Positions 24,250 to 36,790 are shown, counted from the stretch's first letter. The stretch is 63,705 bases of DNA from Octopus bimaculoides (GCF_001194135.2 NC_068997.1:17570978-17634682); one strand, 5' to 3'. A program made the numbers and translations. Notes: generated by a model from the sequence alone, not told the origin.

Positions 24250-25475
24250 AAAATTTTCAGTTCAAAATTTTGCTGATTCAAATTTCACATACGTCTTTCT
24301 TTCGGTTGCCCTGGCATAATATTTTTGAGGTAATGTTGTGCCGCATAGGCAGACAGTATCTTGATATTTTGGGGCAGCAGGTAATCGCATAAGTGATGTC
24401 TTCCACAGAATTGTGGGATAATATATATTTCCTGTTACAACTTGTAAATCAAAGGGATTCAATATCTCTTCTGCTTATTAGGTTTTTATTTGTAGCCTTC
24501 TGTTCTTCGATTGCAAATGCATTGCACATTCAAAGTGTGACTTGAGTTAGCGGTCATGAGTCAAATAGGGGCTTTGTTTAATATCAATATTAGTCTTCCT
24601 CAAGTCATCAGGAAACATAACAGTGCATACTCCTTTACTCACAATAGCAACCAATTGCTTCTTGTCTGGACACAAAACGTCGCATATTTTCATCACGCAG
24701 CTCTTTACAATCTCTCCTTCGTTAAATGACCGGGCTGATTTAAAGATTTCCTCTGCCGCAATAACATTTGCTTTACCAGCAGCTTCACTTTGTGATTTCT
24801 CTTTGGTTAAAAAAGTATATTGTAAGATTCTATACACTTTAAGTACAGCAACATTAGCACCACAATTAAGACACACAGATTTGCCATCAATGTCAGTAAA
24901 CATGTACTTGGTTTCCCAACGGATTTGAAACGCTCTGTTTTCAGCATCGACTTTTCTCTTAGCCATTGATATAAATAGCTACTACTACTGAATGACGTCA
25001 CGTGAAAATGATCACCTGAAAGAGCTGTAAGGTGGTTGTTGCGCTGCATTATGGGATTAGCAGATTTTGCGTCATCAGCGCTTCACTACACACGATTAGA
25101 GAATCGAGGGAGATGTTTCCCAGCATGCTTTGTTGCAGTTACAATTAAGATTTGTGACTGTGTTACCATGACCCCTTAATGTGTTTTTGTTTTTGTACCG
25201 ACGGCGTGTAATAGTTACAGTGGTGCTGTTTTTAGTCGTGCATTAAATTCTTGCTATCAGTGCTATATATAATGTAATGGCCTGCTTTAGCCACACACTA
25301 CGTATGTGTGGTTGTAACAAGAAGGCATGGGTGTTGCTGAGGGCAACAGAGTACTGTATTTGCTGATACCACCATTTGCACCAATTTCATGCTGATATCA
25401 AAAGTGCTGTATGAGCAGGATGAAATTCCTGCACGGGCCGGAAGTGGCCCACGGGTCGGGAGTTTGCCATGTCTG
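24250..25475 (-). mobile_element. Deleted hAT transposon, Buster/Charlie/SPIN group (GTF2IRD2/EPM2AIP1-like transposase)
   Basis: MAKRKVDAENRAFQIRWETKYMFTDIDGKSVCLNCGANVAVLK and KSQSEAAGKANVIAAEEIFKSARSFNEGE..KSCVMKICDVLCPDKKQ (24640-24966); GTT-YL trace near 24330. 5' terminus CAGACATGGCAAACTCCCGACCCGTGGGCCACTTCCGGCCCG, adjacent to the 8-mer CTTTAGAC (nnnTAnnn). The 3' TIR was not found, so the lower boundary is approximate. Confidence 0.88.
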
Positions 25476-26237
25476 GTCTAAAGTGCCCGATATTTCCAGA
25501 ATAACTGAAAAGACCAAACAGAAATGCAATAGTAGTTAGAGTATTAATTTCGTAACTAAATGCAAAGAAAATCTTTTTTGTCTTCTTTATAGCGTAATTG
25601 TTCTGAAATTATTGCCATGACAGCGAAATATAACGCTATTTAGATTAAAACGGGTAGAGATGACAAAAAAACTGAGTCTGTATTTAAAGGCCCAAACTGT
25701 AAGTGACAGGAAAAGTGTGACTCTCCGAAAACAAAAGTCTGCTTTTGTTTTAAGTTAGCAAGCAGAATGAAAAACATAAGCAAAGTTGTAATTAAGTTAG
25801 CAGTGTTAAGATTTTCTAAGATTCTGTTATCATTACAGATTGATCCAAAAGTTTGTTCAGAGTTTTGGTTACATACAAAGAGAAACTTACATCAGGATGA
25901 CTCTAAGAAATAGCATATACGTCACATATTATCATTACCTACAAACAATAATGAACATTCCGGGTTTGAAACTTAAGAAATCAATAGAGAATTATTGGGT
26001 TGAACTTTAATTGCAGCTTAGTTTTATCATCATACATCACTCTTTGTTTCATTATATTTATGCATTAAGCGTTTCCTTTATGTATTCATTTATTTATGCT
26101 AATCTAGCAATATTTATGTGAAAAATATGTATGTAAATTCTCTTTTAATGAAATTAGCTTTTTTCGATTTTATATCTTTCTGCTTCTTTTCTTTACGATG
26201 TAACATACTTATAATTATCCTGGTGTATATGCACACA

Positions 26238-26354
<117 letters not shown>

Positions 26355-26770
26355 ACACAGACACACACCCCCACAAACACACTCACACAGACATGCACAC
26401 ACACATATGCTCAAACACACGCACACATGTTCAAACACACACGCACCCGCACATACAGACGCACACGCACACACACCCATGCATACGAAAACAAAACATA
26501 CGCACACATATGGACGTACGATTATGCATGCACACCATGTGTCTATGCATTTATTTACCTATATAAATAAATGCATGGATTTTAATAAGTTTTCTAAAAA
26601 TTAATTATTCAATTATTCATATAATTAGTCATCTGACCATATTGAAATAGAGATAAGTATTGAATATGTATATGTATGTGTTTGCGTGTATGTATCTGTG
26701 TTTGTGTGTGTGTGCATGTGATGTGTGTATGTGCGTGTGTGTGTAATCGTTTGCGCAGAGAGAGAATAGG

Positions 26771-26821
<51 letters not shown>

Positions 26822-26855
26822 GTAGTTATACGCATCTATATGTACATATATGTGC

Positions 26856-27050
26856 CTGTGTTTGTCCCCCCTGCCATCGCTTGACAACCGATGTTGGTGC
26901 GTTTACGTCTCCGTAACTTAGCGGTTCGGGAAAAGAGACCGATAGAATAAGTATCAGGCTTACAAAGAATGAGTCCTGCGGTCGATTTGTTCGACCAAAG
27001 GCGGTGCTTCAGCATGGCCGCAGTCAAATGACTGAAACAAATAAAAGAAT
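26856..27050 (+). mobile_element. Family B SINE 3' half
   Basis: ctgtgtttgtccccc...gcttgacaaccgatg...aaaggcggtgcttcagcatggccgcagtcaaatgactgaaacaaataaaagaat. Confidence 0.92.
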
Positions 27051-27064
27051 ATGTGTATACGCAC

Positions 27065-27112
<48 letters not shown>

Positions 27113-28232
27113 GCACACACTCACACACACACGCAGATGTTGGTTAATGTAAGTGGGTGTACGTATGTATTATACGTATGTACATGTAATATACAATGTC
27201 TTCGTATATAGTTTTCATTGCAATTTTGGAAGGTAGAACAAACATATTTATACAGCTTTTGAGTGAAATCAGTTATATGGCACTTTTTATGGCCCTCCTT
27301 TCTCCCTGTACATGCACGTGCCTGCACACACATGCATATGTGCAAAGTGATAGGTACATATATTTAGTATATATATATATATATTGTTTTTATTTAAACG
27401 GATACTTTGGTATCATAATTCAACTGTCATCCCACCCCCACTGACCTAGGGTTGTATACACCCTTGAACTGTGTATTTCGGGATGGTATTTGGTTGACAT
27501 ATTCTGCATAGAATCTGGTCTGTTGCTTTGTATCTTTAATTAAATGTCTAATATTGTTATATATTGTCACGGCCTGAACATTATTTGTGTGTGCGGAATA
27601 CTCGACTATTTGCACATTAATTTATTGAATGGTGTTCAATTTATCACAAAAATGCACCTCACCAAATTTGCCAGAGAATTTCTTTTGCATGTTTGTGCAT
27701 GTGTATGTGAGTACGTCTGTATCTCTTGACACGCTCATAATGAAATTCTATACGCACCGATAGGCAAATACTTATGTTGAGACATAGACGCAGATGGAGT
27801 GAATATAATACGAAATATAATTTACTGCACGAATCTTTCATTTAAGACGACGGTGATATTGTAAATTGTTTTCTCTCAGAACTACTCAAAAACTAATTAA
27901 TGCCAAACCATATATTTCTAAAATTTCTATGTAGCAAATTAACAACTTTAACAACAGTGAAACATAAATTATTGTTCTTTATTTTAGAATATGCTTCTAT
28001 TATCTTGCGTTTTTGTTCGCGCTTTTTGCGTTCTGTGTTCAAGTGTTGCTTTGAGTAACTTTGCCTTGCATCCTTTCGGGTTTATAAAATAAAGTGGCAA
28101 AGCAGGACTAGAATCGATTTAATCGTCTAAGGACCTCATCTCAAGAATTTTTCTGGACTTTTGTCAAAATCAGAAGCACTTATTCGTTGTGCACGTATAT
28201 CCAAATATGGCGGTTGATCAGTAGGTTTAAAT

Positions 28233-28515
28233 AGGCCTTCGAAGATGTATAACCATGGGATTGCATCTAGAAAGTTCCCCCCCAGGGAAAAGTTGGAGTA
28301 AAGTTGTTTATGCAGACACCCCTGCATACCAGCCCTCCCCCTCTCCATGCCATCGATGTTGTCCATGGGGAAGGTAAATACTGATACAGCTTGGCACCAG
28401 TGACGTCGCAACTCATTTGTATAGATGAGTGAACTGGAGCAATGTGAAATAAAATGTCTTGTTTAAGAACACAACACACACACCGGCCAGAAATAAAACT
28501 CAGTAGCTCATGATA
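28233..28515 (-). mobile_element. tRNA-derived CORE-like SINE, family C
   Basis: Minus strand gtgtgttgtgttcttaaacaagacattttatttcacattgctccagttcactcatctatacaaatgagttgcgacgtcactggtgccaagctgtatc; the ccttgagcaagacac-like block resembles the CORE domain. Confidence 0.75.
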
Positions 28516-29881
28516 GGTTTAAAGAATTAGGAAATGATTCAGACAAAATGCTATGTGTTGTTGGTATCTAATTCCTGAGTTTCAAATCTCACTGAGCACA
28601 ATTTTACCTCTTTGGTCTTCTCTGTCGGTAAAATCAATTCGCATCTAGGACGGCTGATTAGTTTGGTTAATAAATAGTTAACTTCCAATGAGCATTATAA
28701 AACTGTTATAGCTTCACATCATTAAAAGGTGAAAGAGATTAAAAAGATTTTTGAAGTTATGCGAGATATTTGCTCTTACAAGTAAAACAAAACAATTTAT
28801 TCTTACCCGAAAATATTTCTATGTATTCTTACCTTTCGAGGCATTAAGACCGTTAATATATTGCATTTTCTTAAAATACTATCTTGGAACTATTAATACC
28901 CGTGGTTTATTAAAATATTGCAGACTATTACGGTAAATAACCTTACAGAACCCCAGTTAAGATTCCACAAAACCTTTGTCCACAAAATTACTCACATAAC
29001 GAATTGACCGACACAAGCCTGTAGGAAAATGCATTTGCTGCAACGATCTGCGCAGTGTGACTGAATGTGAAACAACATCGGTGAGAAGTAAAAATTTTAA
29101 CTACACAGTCATATATGCAGGGTTGTATTGCTTTACAATTGTTTTTATTTCATTTTTCAATTTTCGCATTTGCTCAAACATGAGGAAAACAATGGAAATG
29201 TGAGAAGTGAACCAAAGTTATCGATGACAAATTTTGAAGAAATATATTTGAGCTTTTAATATAAATAGATAGCTAAAGGTTATTTCAATTTATTTTCTTT
29301 CCATCTATTTATTGCAATGCATTAACACAAAATAGATTTCAAAATAGAATGCGTGTATCAAAAGGCTGAAGCTGGCTGACATTCTGGGGTATTAGTCATG
29401 GTAAGGATAATCACACACACACACACATGCACAAACACAGACACACATGTTCATAGACACACATATTCATTGACACACACATATATACATTTACGTACGA
29501 GTGTATAGGTGTGTGTTGCATTAGTGTGTATGTGTAGAGGTGTATACAATTAAATATACACACATATTTCGAAATACAACTGTACTCTATATGTCATACG
29601 CTAAAGAACCAAAGATTCATTTCAAACTAATTTTCTCTCTTTCTTTTTCTTTTCTAGTTTCGCGTATTTCTTTATTTATGGAGTCAAGAATTTTAAACCA
29701 TCCCATTCTTTGCCGGATATTTTCACAAAGTTATCGACAGAATAATAAACACTGAACTTGTAAGCCCACCTAGAAAGGCACCCCTTACCATTACAGTTTC
29801 CGGCGCACAAAGGTTAACCATAAACAGCTAGTGATATATGAACAGCAGGTGCTTACAAAGTCTCTGGCGTGATAAACAGTG

Positions 29882-29931
<50 letters not shown>

Positions 29932-30632
29932 NNNNNNNNNNNNNNNNNNNNNNNNNNNNNNNNNNNNNNNNNNNNNNNNNNNNNNNNNNNNNNNNNNNNN
30001 NNNNNNNNNNNNNNNNNNNNNNNNNNNNNNNNNNNNNNNNNNNNNNNNNNNNNNNNNNNNNNNNNNNNNNNNNNNNNNNNNNNNNNNNNNNNNNNNNNNN
30101 NNNNNNNNNNNNNNNNNNNNNNNNNNNNNNNNNNNNNNNNNNNNNNNNNNNNNNNNNNNNNNNNNNNNNNNNNNNNNNNNNNNNNNNNNNNNNNNNNNNN
30201 NNNNNNNNNNNNNNNNNNNNNNNNNNNNNNNNNNNNNNNNNNNNNNNNNNNNNNNNNNNNNNNNNNTATATATATATATATATATATACATATATACATA
30301 TACATAATACACACACACACACACATATATGGAATGAGTGAGACTAAGAAAGATAATAGATGCACTGGGGTGAAGTGCACGCTGCCAGTTGACGTGAGGA
30401 CATATCTGAAGAAGACTCGGACCGTTGATTCATGACTCAAAACAAAACCAAACAAAAAAGAAATGAACTCAAAGAAAGAAACTAAATAAATGTATATGTC
30501 TTCTGTATACGAGATTACAACTGTAACCTTCTTAAATATGATGGTAAAAAATCTTAACAAAGCACTTTCCCTCTGTTGATATGACAACGACTACTCATCG
30601 CGATATACATTTGAGATGACGTTTCTTAAATG

Positions 30633-31260
30633 GATGACGATGATGGTGATGATGATGACGACGACGGCGGCGGCGGCGGCGGCGGCGGTGGTAGTGGTGG
30701 TGGCGATGATGACGATGATGATGAGGATGATGGTGGTTATGATGATGAAGATGATGATGATGAAGATGATGATGATGATGAGACGGAGGAAGAGAAGGAG
30801 GAAGTCGACGACGACGACGGCGGGGACAGTAACAAAGATCTATTTCAGCGTCAATATCTTCGTCATCTCCTCACTCACTGCGTTTCTTCTTCTTCTTCTT
30901 CTTCTTCTTCTTATTCTTCTTCTTCTTCTTCTTCTTCTTCTTCTTCTTCTTCTTCNNNNNNNNNNNNNNNNNNNNNNNNNNNNNNNNNNNNNNNNNNNNN
31001 NNNNNNNNNNNNNNNNNNNNNNNNNNNNNNNNNNNNNNNNNNNNNNNNNNNNNNNNNNNNNNNNNNNNNNNNNNNNNNNNNNNNNNNNNNNNNNNNNNNN
31101 NNNNNNNNNNNNNNNNNNNNNNNNNNNNNNNNNNNNNNNNNNNNNNNNNNNNNNNNNNNNNNNNNNNNNNNNNNNNNNNNNNNNNNNNNNNNNNNNNNNN
31201 NNNNNNNNNNNNNNNNNNNCACCAGCATCGTGTTGTCATCGTCATCATCATCATCATCTT
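30633..31260. repeat. Trinucleotide mosaic (GAT/GAC/GGC/GAG)n then (CTT)n, gap, (CAT)n
   Basis: Direct reading; source of the acidic/Gly pseudo-ORFs at 30616 and 30630. Confidence 0.93.
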
Positions 31261-31331
31261 CAGTGTTCCCAATGTATATGCTGTATTTATGTATGTACAC
31301 GTACAAAATCTCACATACATACAGAGAGAGA

Positions 31332-31397
<66 letters not shown>

Positions 31398-31398
<1 letters not shown>

Positions 31399-31603
31399 TG
31401 AGGTTAGTTCTCAATTACAACTGGATGTATCTCATTCCGGTAATATACGTTATAGTTTCAATCCAAGCCTTGGTGAAATTTGCTTTTTTATCCATTCAGG
31501 GGTCGATAAAATATAATACCAGTCAAATACCGAGGTTGATCTTATCTTCTAAATCCCTCCACTCGCAACAGCTGTGTTTGTGCCTAAATTAGCAACAATT
31601 ATT
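31398..31603 (+). mobile_element. Degenerate family A SINE
   Basis: atttgctttttatccattcaggggtcgataaaatataataccagtcaaatac...tttgtgcctaaattagcaacaattatt. Confidence 0.65.
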
Positions 31604-32181
31604 AAACTATTGATATAAATCTACTCCATTACCTTCCTACTTTATTATGGTTTTTCTGCATGTTTGCTCACGTTGTTGGTATCAGATGTGGTCGCCGTTC
31701 TGTTTAAAAAAGGAGCGGGAGTTTAGAGTAACATATGTCACTAGTTTTTAAATATGTATTTTATCTATTCTTTTGTTCTATTTTGTGCAAAATATTCTTT
31801 AATGAGATAAGTCAGTTAAGTTTATATTGTAGTCAATTTATTCCATGCGTAAAAATTGGATATTTATTTATTCATATTATCTAACGCAATTTGTATTATA
31901 TTTTAAATATCAATATTGATTTCTGATATTAAATTAAGGTCGCACAGGTTTCGTCGAGAGGCCTTAATTTTAGGATCAGCTTTTTTTTTTCATTTAAGAT
32001 CGGGTTATGATAGGAAAATGATTCAAATACTAATGTGTCTGGAAATAGGAATTTAGCATTCGTCAAATATCCCGATAGTTTCCTTAAAAAGCGAATAACA
32101 TATCAGAGGATAAAATCGTAAGTTGTGCAAAATAATTAGTAACTAATCATTTTCGAAACTTGAATTCAAAGATCCTTTGTA

Positions 32182-32425
32182 TTCTAGACAAAGCCTGAGA
32201 TTTTGTGTGATAGGGGCCAGTTGATTACATTAAAGCCAGTGCTCACCTGGTACATCTTTTCATCGAATCCATAAGGATGAAACGAAAATCGCGATTGCGG
32301 TGGAATGACTAAAGTAGATAATAGCTTAAAATTTCTGTTCAGAACAGAAGTTTTTAAAAAGAAAGGGTAAGTTGCCCACGGCGATATTTGAACTCAGAAC
32401 GTGAGGCTAAACGATATGCTATTTA
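32182..32425 (-). mobile_element. Interrupted family A SINE
   Basis: ggggccagttgattacatt...ctggtacatctttcatcga...ggatgaaacg, then after an interruption atttgaactcagaacgt...cgatatgcta. Confidence 0.65.
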
Positions 32426-32600
32426 GATTATTCAACATGTGAAGCTTTGATTTAGATTATTCAGCTATGAAGATAATTCAAGATATGAAGCTTTGTGGGG
32501 GGAAAATATATTGAATTCCTTTGTGTTCTAGGTGGTGAGACAATATTCTCTAGGGTTTTATATGTTCATATTAGTTTCAAAATTTTCGCAGAAATCCAAC

Positions 32601-32666
32601 GATTTAGAGGGCGAGGGTGAGTCGAACATTTCAACCCCAGTGTTTAACTGATACTTATTTTATCGA
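32601..32666 (-). mobile_element. Family A SINE 3' fragment
   Basis: gagtcgaacatttcaaccccagtgtttaactgatacttattttatcga is the reverse complement of the gataaa..aagtaccag..ctggggtcgat block. Confidence 0.7.
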
Positions 32667-33087
32667 AGGCAGCGAGCTGGCAGAAACGCTAGCGCGCGGG
32701 GTGAAATACTTAGCGGTATTTCGTCTGCCGTTACGTTCAGAGTTCAACTTCTGCAGAGGTCGACTTTGCCTTTCATCCATTTGGGGACGATAAATTAATT
32801 ACCAGTTACGCACTAGGGTCGATATAATCGACTAAATCTCTTTGTCTGTCCTAGTTTGTCCCCTCTATGTTTATCCCCCCCCCCCACCAACTGTGGGCAA
32901 TAAAGAAATAAGAAACGTTAGCACGTTGGCGAAATGATTAGCGGTATTTCGTCTGTCTTCACATTCTGAGTTGAAATTCCGCAGAGGTCGACTTTGCTTT
33001 TCATTTTTTCGGGGTCGATAAATTGAGTACCATCGACTGGCCCCGTTCCCCAAAATTTCGGACCTTGTTCCTAGAGTAGAAAAGGAT
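32667..33087 (+). mobile_element. Dimeric family A SINE (monomers about 32667-32835 and 32911-33087, linker between)
   Basis: Two copies of agaaacg(c/t)tagc..gaaat..ttagcggtatttcgtctg..ttc.gagtt.aa.t.c.gcagaggtcgactttgc.tttcat..ggggtcgataaatt joined by tttgtctgtcctagtttgtcccctctatg...gggcaataaagaaata. Confidence 0.9.
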
Positions 33088-33089
33088 AC

Positions 33090-33222
33090 TTTTTTTATCC
33101 ACTACGAAATGATGAAACACTAAGTCGACCACGGCGAAATTTGAACTCAGAAAGTTAAGAAGGACGAAAAGCCGCTAAGCATTGTCTTTGGCGGGACAAC
33201 GATTCTACCAGTTTTCCGCCTT
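33090..33222 (-). mobile_element. Family A SINE 5' part
   Basis: aagtcgaccacggcgaaatttgaactcagaaagtt...gacgaaaagccgctaagcatt...acgattctaccagttttccgcctt. Confidence 0.8.
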
Positions 33223-33293
33223 GTTTTAGATATTCATATTAGTAGCAATTTTTCATATAATTATGCGAATAATTTCATCAAACGAAGAATATA

Positions 33294-33505
33294 TACTCTT
33301 TACTCTTTTACTTGTTTCAGTAATTTGACTGCGGCCGTGCTGGAGCACCGCCTTTAGTCGAGAAAATCGACCCTAGGACTTATTCTTTGTAAGCCTAGTA
33401 CTTATTCTATCGGTCACTTTTTGCTGAACCGCTAAGTTTCGGGGACGTAAACACACCAGCATCGGTTTTCAAGCGATGATGGGGGGACAAACACAGACAC
33501 ACATG
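33294..33505 (-). mobile_element. Family B SINE 3' half
   Basis: tactcttttactcttttacttgtttcag tail through ggggggacaaacacagacac. Confidence 0.92.
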
Positions 33506-34471
33506 CCCACATACATATATATATATATAATTGAACACACATATTGTATCTTGCGTTGGACATATGGTATTGTTCCTGTGATTTTCCACCCTTATGTATC
33601 CATTTTNNNNNNNNNNNNNNNNNNNNNNNNNNNNNNNNNNNNNNNNNNNNNNNNNNNNNNNNNNNNNNNNNNNNNNNNNNNNNNNNNNNNNNNNNNNNNN
33701 NNNNNNNNNNNNNNNNNNNNNNNNNNNNNNNNNNNNNNNNNNNNNNNNNNNNNNNNNNNNNNNNNNNNNNNNNNNNNNNNNNNNNNNNNNNNNNNNNNNN
33801 NNNNNNNNNNNNNNNNNNNNNNNNNNNNNNNNNNNNNNNNNNNNNNNNNNNNNNNNNNNNNNNNNNNNNNNNNNNNNNNNNNNNNNNNNNNNNNNNNNNN
33901 NNNNNNNNNNNNNNNNNNNNNNNNNNNNNNNNNNNNNNNNNNNNNNNNNNNNNNNNNNNNNNNNNNNNNNNNNNNNNNNNNNNNNNNNNNNNNNNNNNNN
34001 NNNNNNNNNNNNNNNNNNNNNNNNNNNNNNNNNNNNNNNNNNNNNNNNNNNNNNNNNNNNNNNNNNNNNNNNNNNNNNNNNNNNNNNNNNNNNNNNNNNN
34101 NNNNNNNNNNNNNNNNNNNNNNNNNNNNNNNNNNNNNNNNNNNNNNNNNNNNNNNNNNNNNNNNNNNNNNNNNNNNNNNNNNNNNNNNNNNNNNNNNNNN
34201 NNNNNNNNNNNNNNNNNNNNNNNNNNNNNNNNNNNNNNNNNNNNNNNNNNNNNNNNNNNNNNNNNNNNNNNNNNNNNNNNNNNNNNNNNNNNNNNNNNNN
34301 NNNNNNNNNNNNNNNNNNNNNNNNNNNNNNNNNNNNNNNNNNNNNNNNGCTAATCCCTGTATATTTATGATGATAAATGGTTTTACCGATAAAGGTTTTT
34401 TCATACTGAACTACTTGGCAAAATTGTTAATTATTAATTCTATTATTAATTGACGATTCCCTGCCCTTATT

Positions 34472-34516
<45 letters not shown>

Positions 34517-35261
34517 CATCGTCCCGGTTTAGTTAAATTTTCGAGCTAAACAAAGCCTTCGGTTTTCTATGGATACTATAAAGCAGAAGTGTATTTCTTT
34601 TTTTTTCTGTTTTCATTTTGTAATAAACGAGAACATCTAAAGCAAGCATAATCACTTGATTTTTAAAAGAATCAAGTATACGTACTTTGAGTATATATCT
34701 ATGTATATAGTTATGCTTAGATGCATTACAAATATAAACATATATATAAAATATATATGTACAAACATATGCATACATATTTTATAAATTCAGAAATACT
34801 CACAAACACATATTTATGTGTGCGTGTATGTATGCGTCTGTGTGTGTCTGTATGTATATAAATTACTCATAGAGTCCATACGAGACCCATTTGAACAACA
34901 AAATAGGGAAAACAAACAACCGAACATGCTCCACATTATCTACTAAAATTCGTTCAGTTGTTAACATGTGTTACAATAAAGACAGATTGCACAATTCGTT
35001 CCTTATTGAATGGTGTACAATATTAATTAATTAATTCAGAAAGTCTATTCTAATTTTGTTTTTCATTATTTCAGCATATTGTAATTTACATCATTTGATC
35101 AATATTATCAAATAAATTGGCCTACTTAAGTATTCTAATTTGGGAGAATAAACACGAAAGCAAAGCCAGAGATTAATGAAAAGGAAACACACATACACAG
35201 AACTAAGCTCACGCGGGTTCATACTTCCTCACCAGAACTATCTACACATTACATATATGCA

Positions 35262-35303
<42 letters not shown>

Positions 35304-35392
35304 AGTAAAAATTAAATACCAAAAAAGTGGGGGGTGTATGAAAAGACAGAAAACCAGCCAACTTATTACAGTCTGTTAAAGTCTGTCATACC

Positions 35393-35432
35393 GGCCATGA
35401 CGAAGGGAAATAGCCCTGAAACTCGAGTCGCC
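35393..35432 (+). ncRNA. Hammerhead-like motif with one core irregularity
   Basis: GGC C-A-UGACGA AGGG AAAUAG CCCU GAAAC UCGA GUC GCC: helix I GGC/GCC, helix II AGGG/CCCU, palindromic ACUCGAGU helix III, GUC triplet; one extra A in the CUGA core. Confidence 0.65.
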
Positions 35433-35662
35433 TTTATATATTTATATTTATATATTTGATCCTTTATATTGAACACTCAATATTTCATCTACATTCAATA
35501 CTTTATTTCATGGTGCCATCCATTTTTATTTTCTTTTATTTCATATTATATATTGTATATTATATTATATATTGTATATTCCATATTCTATACCCCACAT
35601 TGGTTCTGCAGGAATATAAATAAAACATAAAAAACAGACAGTGTTGGAACTCTTTTAAACAA

Positions 35663-35694
<32 letters not shown>

Positions 35695-35697
<3 letters not shown>

Positions 35698-35850
35698 TGG
35701 TTTTGTGGTAAATCGCTTGCTTACCAACTACATGGTCCTAGGTTCAGTCCCACTGCGTGGCATCTTGGGGTAGTGTCTTCTATTATAGCCTCGGGCCGAC
35801 CAAAGCATTGTGAGTGGATTTGCTAGACGGAAACTGAAAGAAGCCCGTCG
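35695..35850 (+). mobile_element. Family B SINE 5' half
   Basis: gagtggttttgtggtaaatcgcttgcttaccaactacatgg...ggttcagtcccactgcgtggcatcttgggg...gacggaaactgaaagaagcccgtcg, ending in a TA array. Confidence 0.9.
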
Positions 35851-36084
35851 TGTATATGTATATATATATATATATTATATAATACGTAACAAATATATAC
35901 GTATATATATATATATATATTATATAATACGAAATATAAATATATATATTACGTATTTTATATATTATGCATGAGTGAGTATGTGTGTGCGCGCATGTGT
36001 TGCGCGTGCGCTGGTGTATACATATGTAGATGTGTATGACGCAATGTCAACGCTTCATACTGGGCTGTGTAGAATAGTATACCA

Positions 36085-36790
36085 ATTAATGTCACCCACA
36101 TTTTTAGTTGCTGACCTAAACTTATATTCTGGTGACATCAAAACATGAGACAACTAGAACAAGTTACAACATTGTCAGAGTATATAGGCATGGAGTTTGG
36201 ACAAGATATAAGCTCAACCATGGAAAGACTGGTTATCAACAACAGAAAGACTGTGCAGCAGATAGAACATGTATTCCAATAAGTTGTCTATCTTATATAT
36301 TGCTAATGAGGAAACTATAAGTGTCTCGGAATCGCCGAGAATTCCGCAAGCAGGTGCTGTGTGTAAAACCAAAAGGAACAAAGAGTACTTCTACAGACAC
36401 CGAAAAATAATGAACTCATTTAACAAGGTTATACGTCATAATGTTTTGCAGTGCCAGTGCATTGGACACTTGACCAGATTTGCAACCTGGATATCAAATC
36501 TTGAAAGATAGTAACCATCAATGGCAAATACCATAAATAAATATAGCCACACGATAAGGTTTATGTGAAACGAAAAAATAGAAGCAGTGTCATGAGGTCA
36601 GCGCAAAGAGCTCTTGAATGCCTCTTTGCATCTCTCTGACAATACATGCTGAACAATAAACAAAGAAATGTAAACATTATAGGCATGCTCAAAAGTGAGA
36701 ACAACGGCATATTCTTGGTGGTGGGAGAAATCCCGTGATGACATTCTGAGAGTACAACTGTCTCACATCACCCGGAAGAGGCTGGAGTGG
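36085..36790 (+). mobile_element. Decayed R4/Dong-type LINE RT and thumb region
   Basis: Across frameshifts: FLVADLNLYSGDI, QLEQVTTLSEYIGMEFGQD, YKCLGIAEN, KEYFYRHRKI..SFNKVIRHN, WTLDQICNLDIKS*KIVTINGKYH, following the R4/Dong FFVDDLKLY...DIGMEFG.DKC...YKYLG order. Confidence 0.8.

Noticed and set aside
29790-29828. 39-nt minus-strand candidate exon (LFMVNLCAPETVM) with GTAAGG donor
   Set aside because: Weak acceptor and no recognisable product.
30616-31592. Long D/G/E/S-rich ORFs resembling an acidic disordered protein
   Set aside because: Made entirely of trinucleotide arrays and a gap; the frame runs into (GT)n/(GA)n; no unique coding sequence or splice context.
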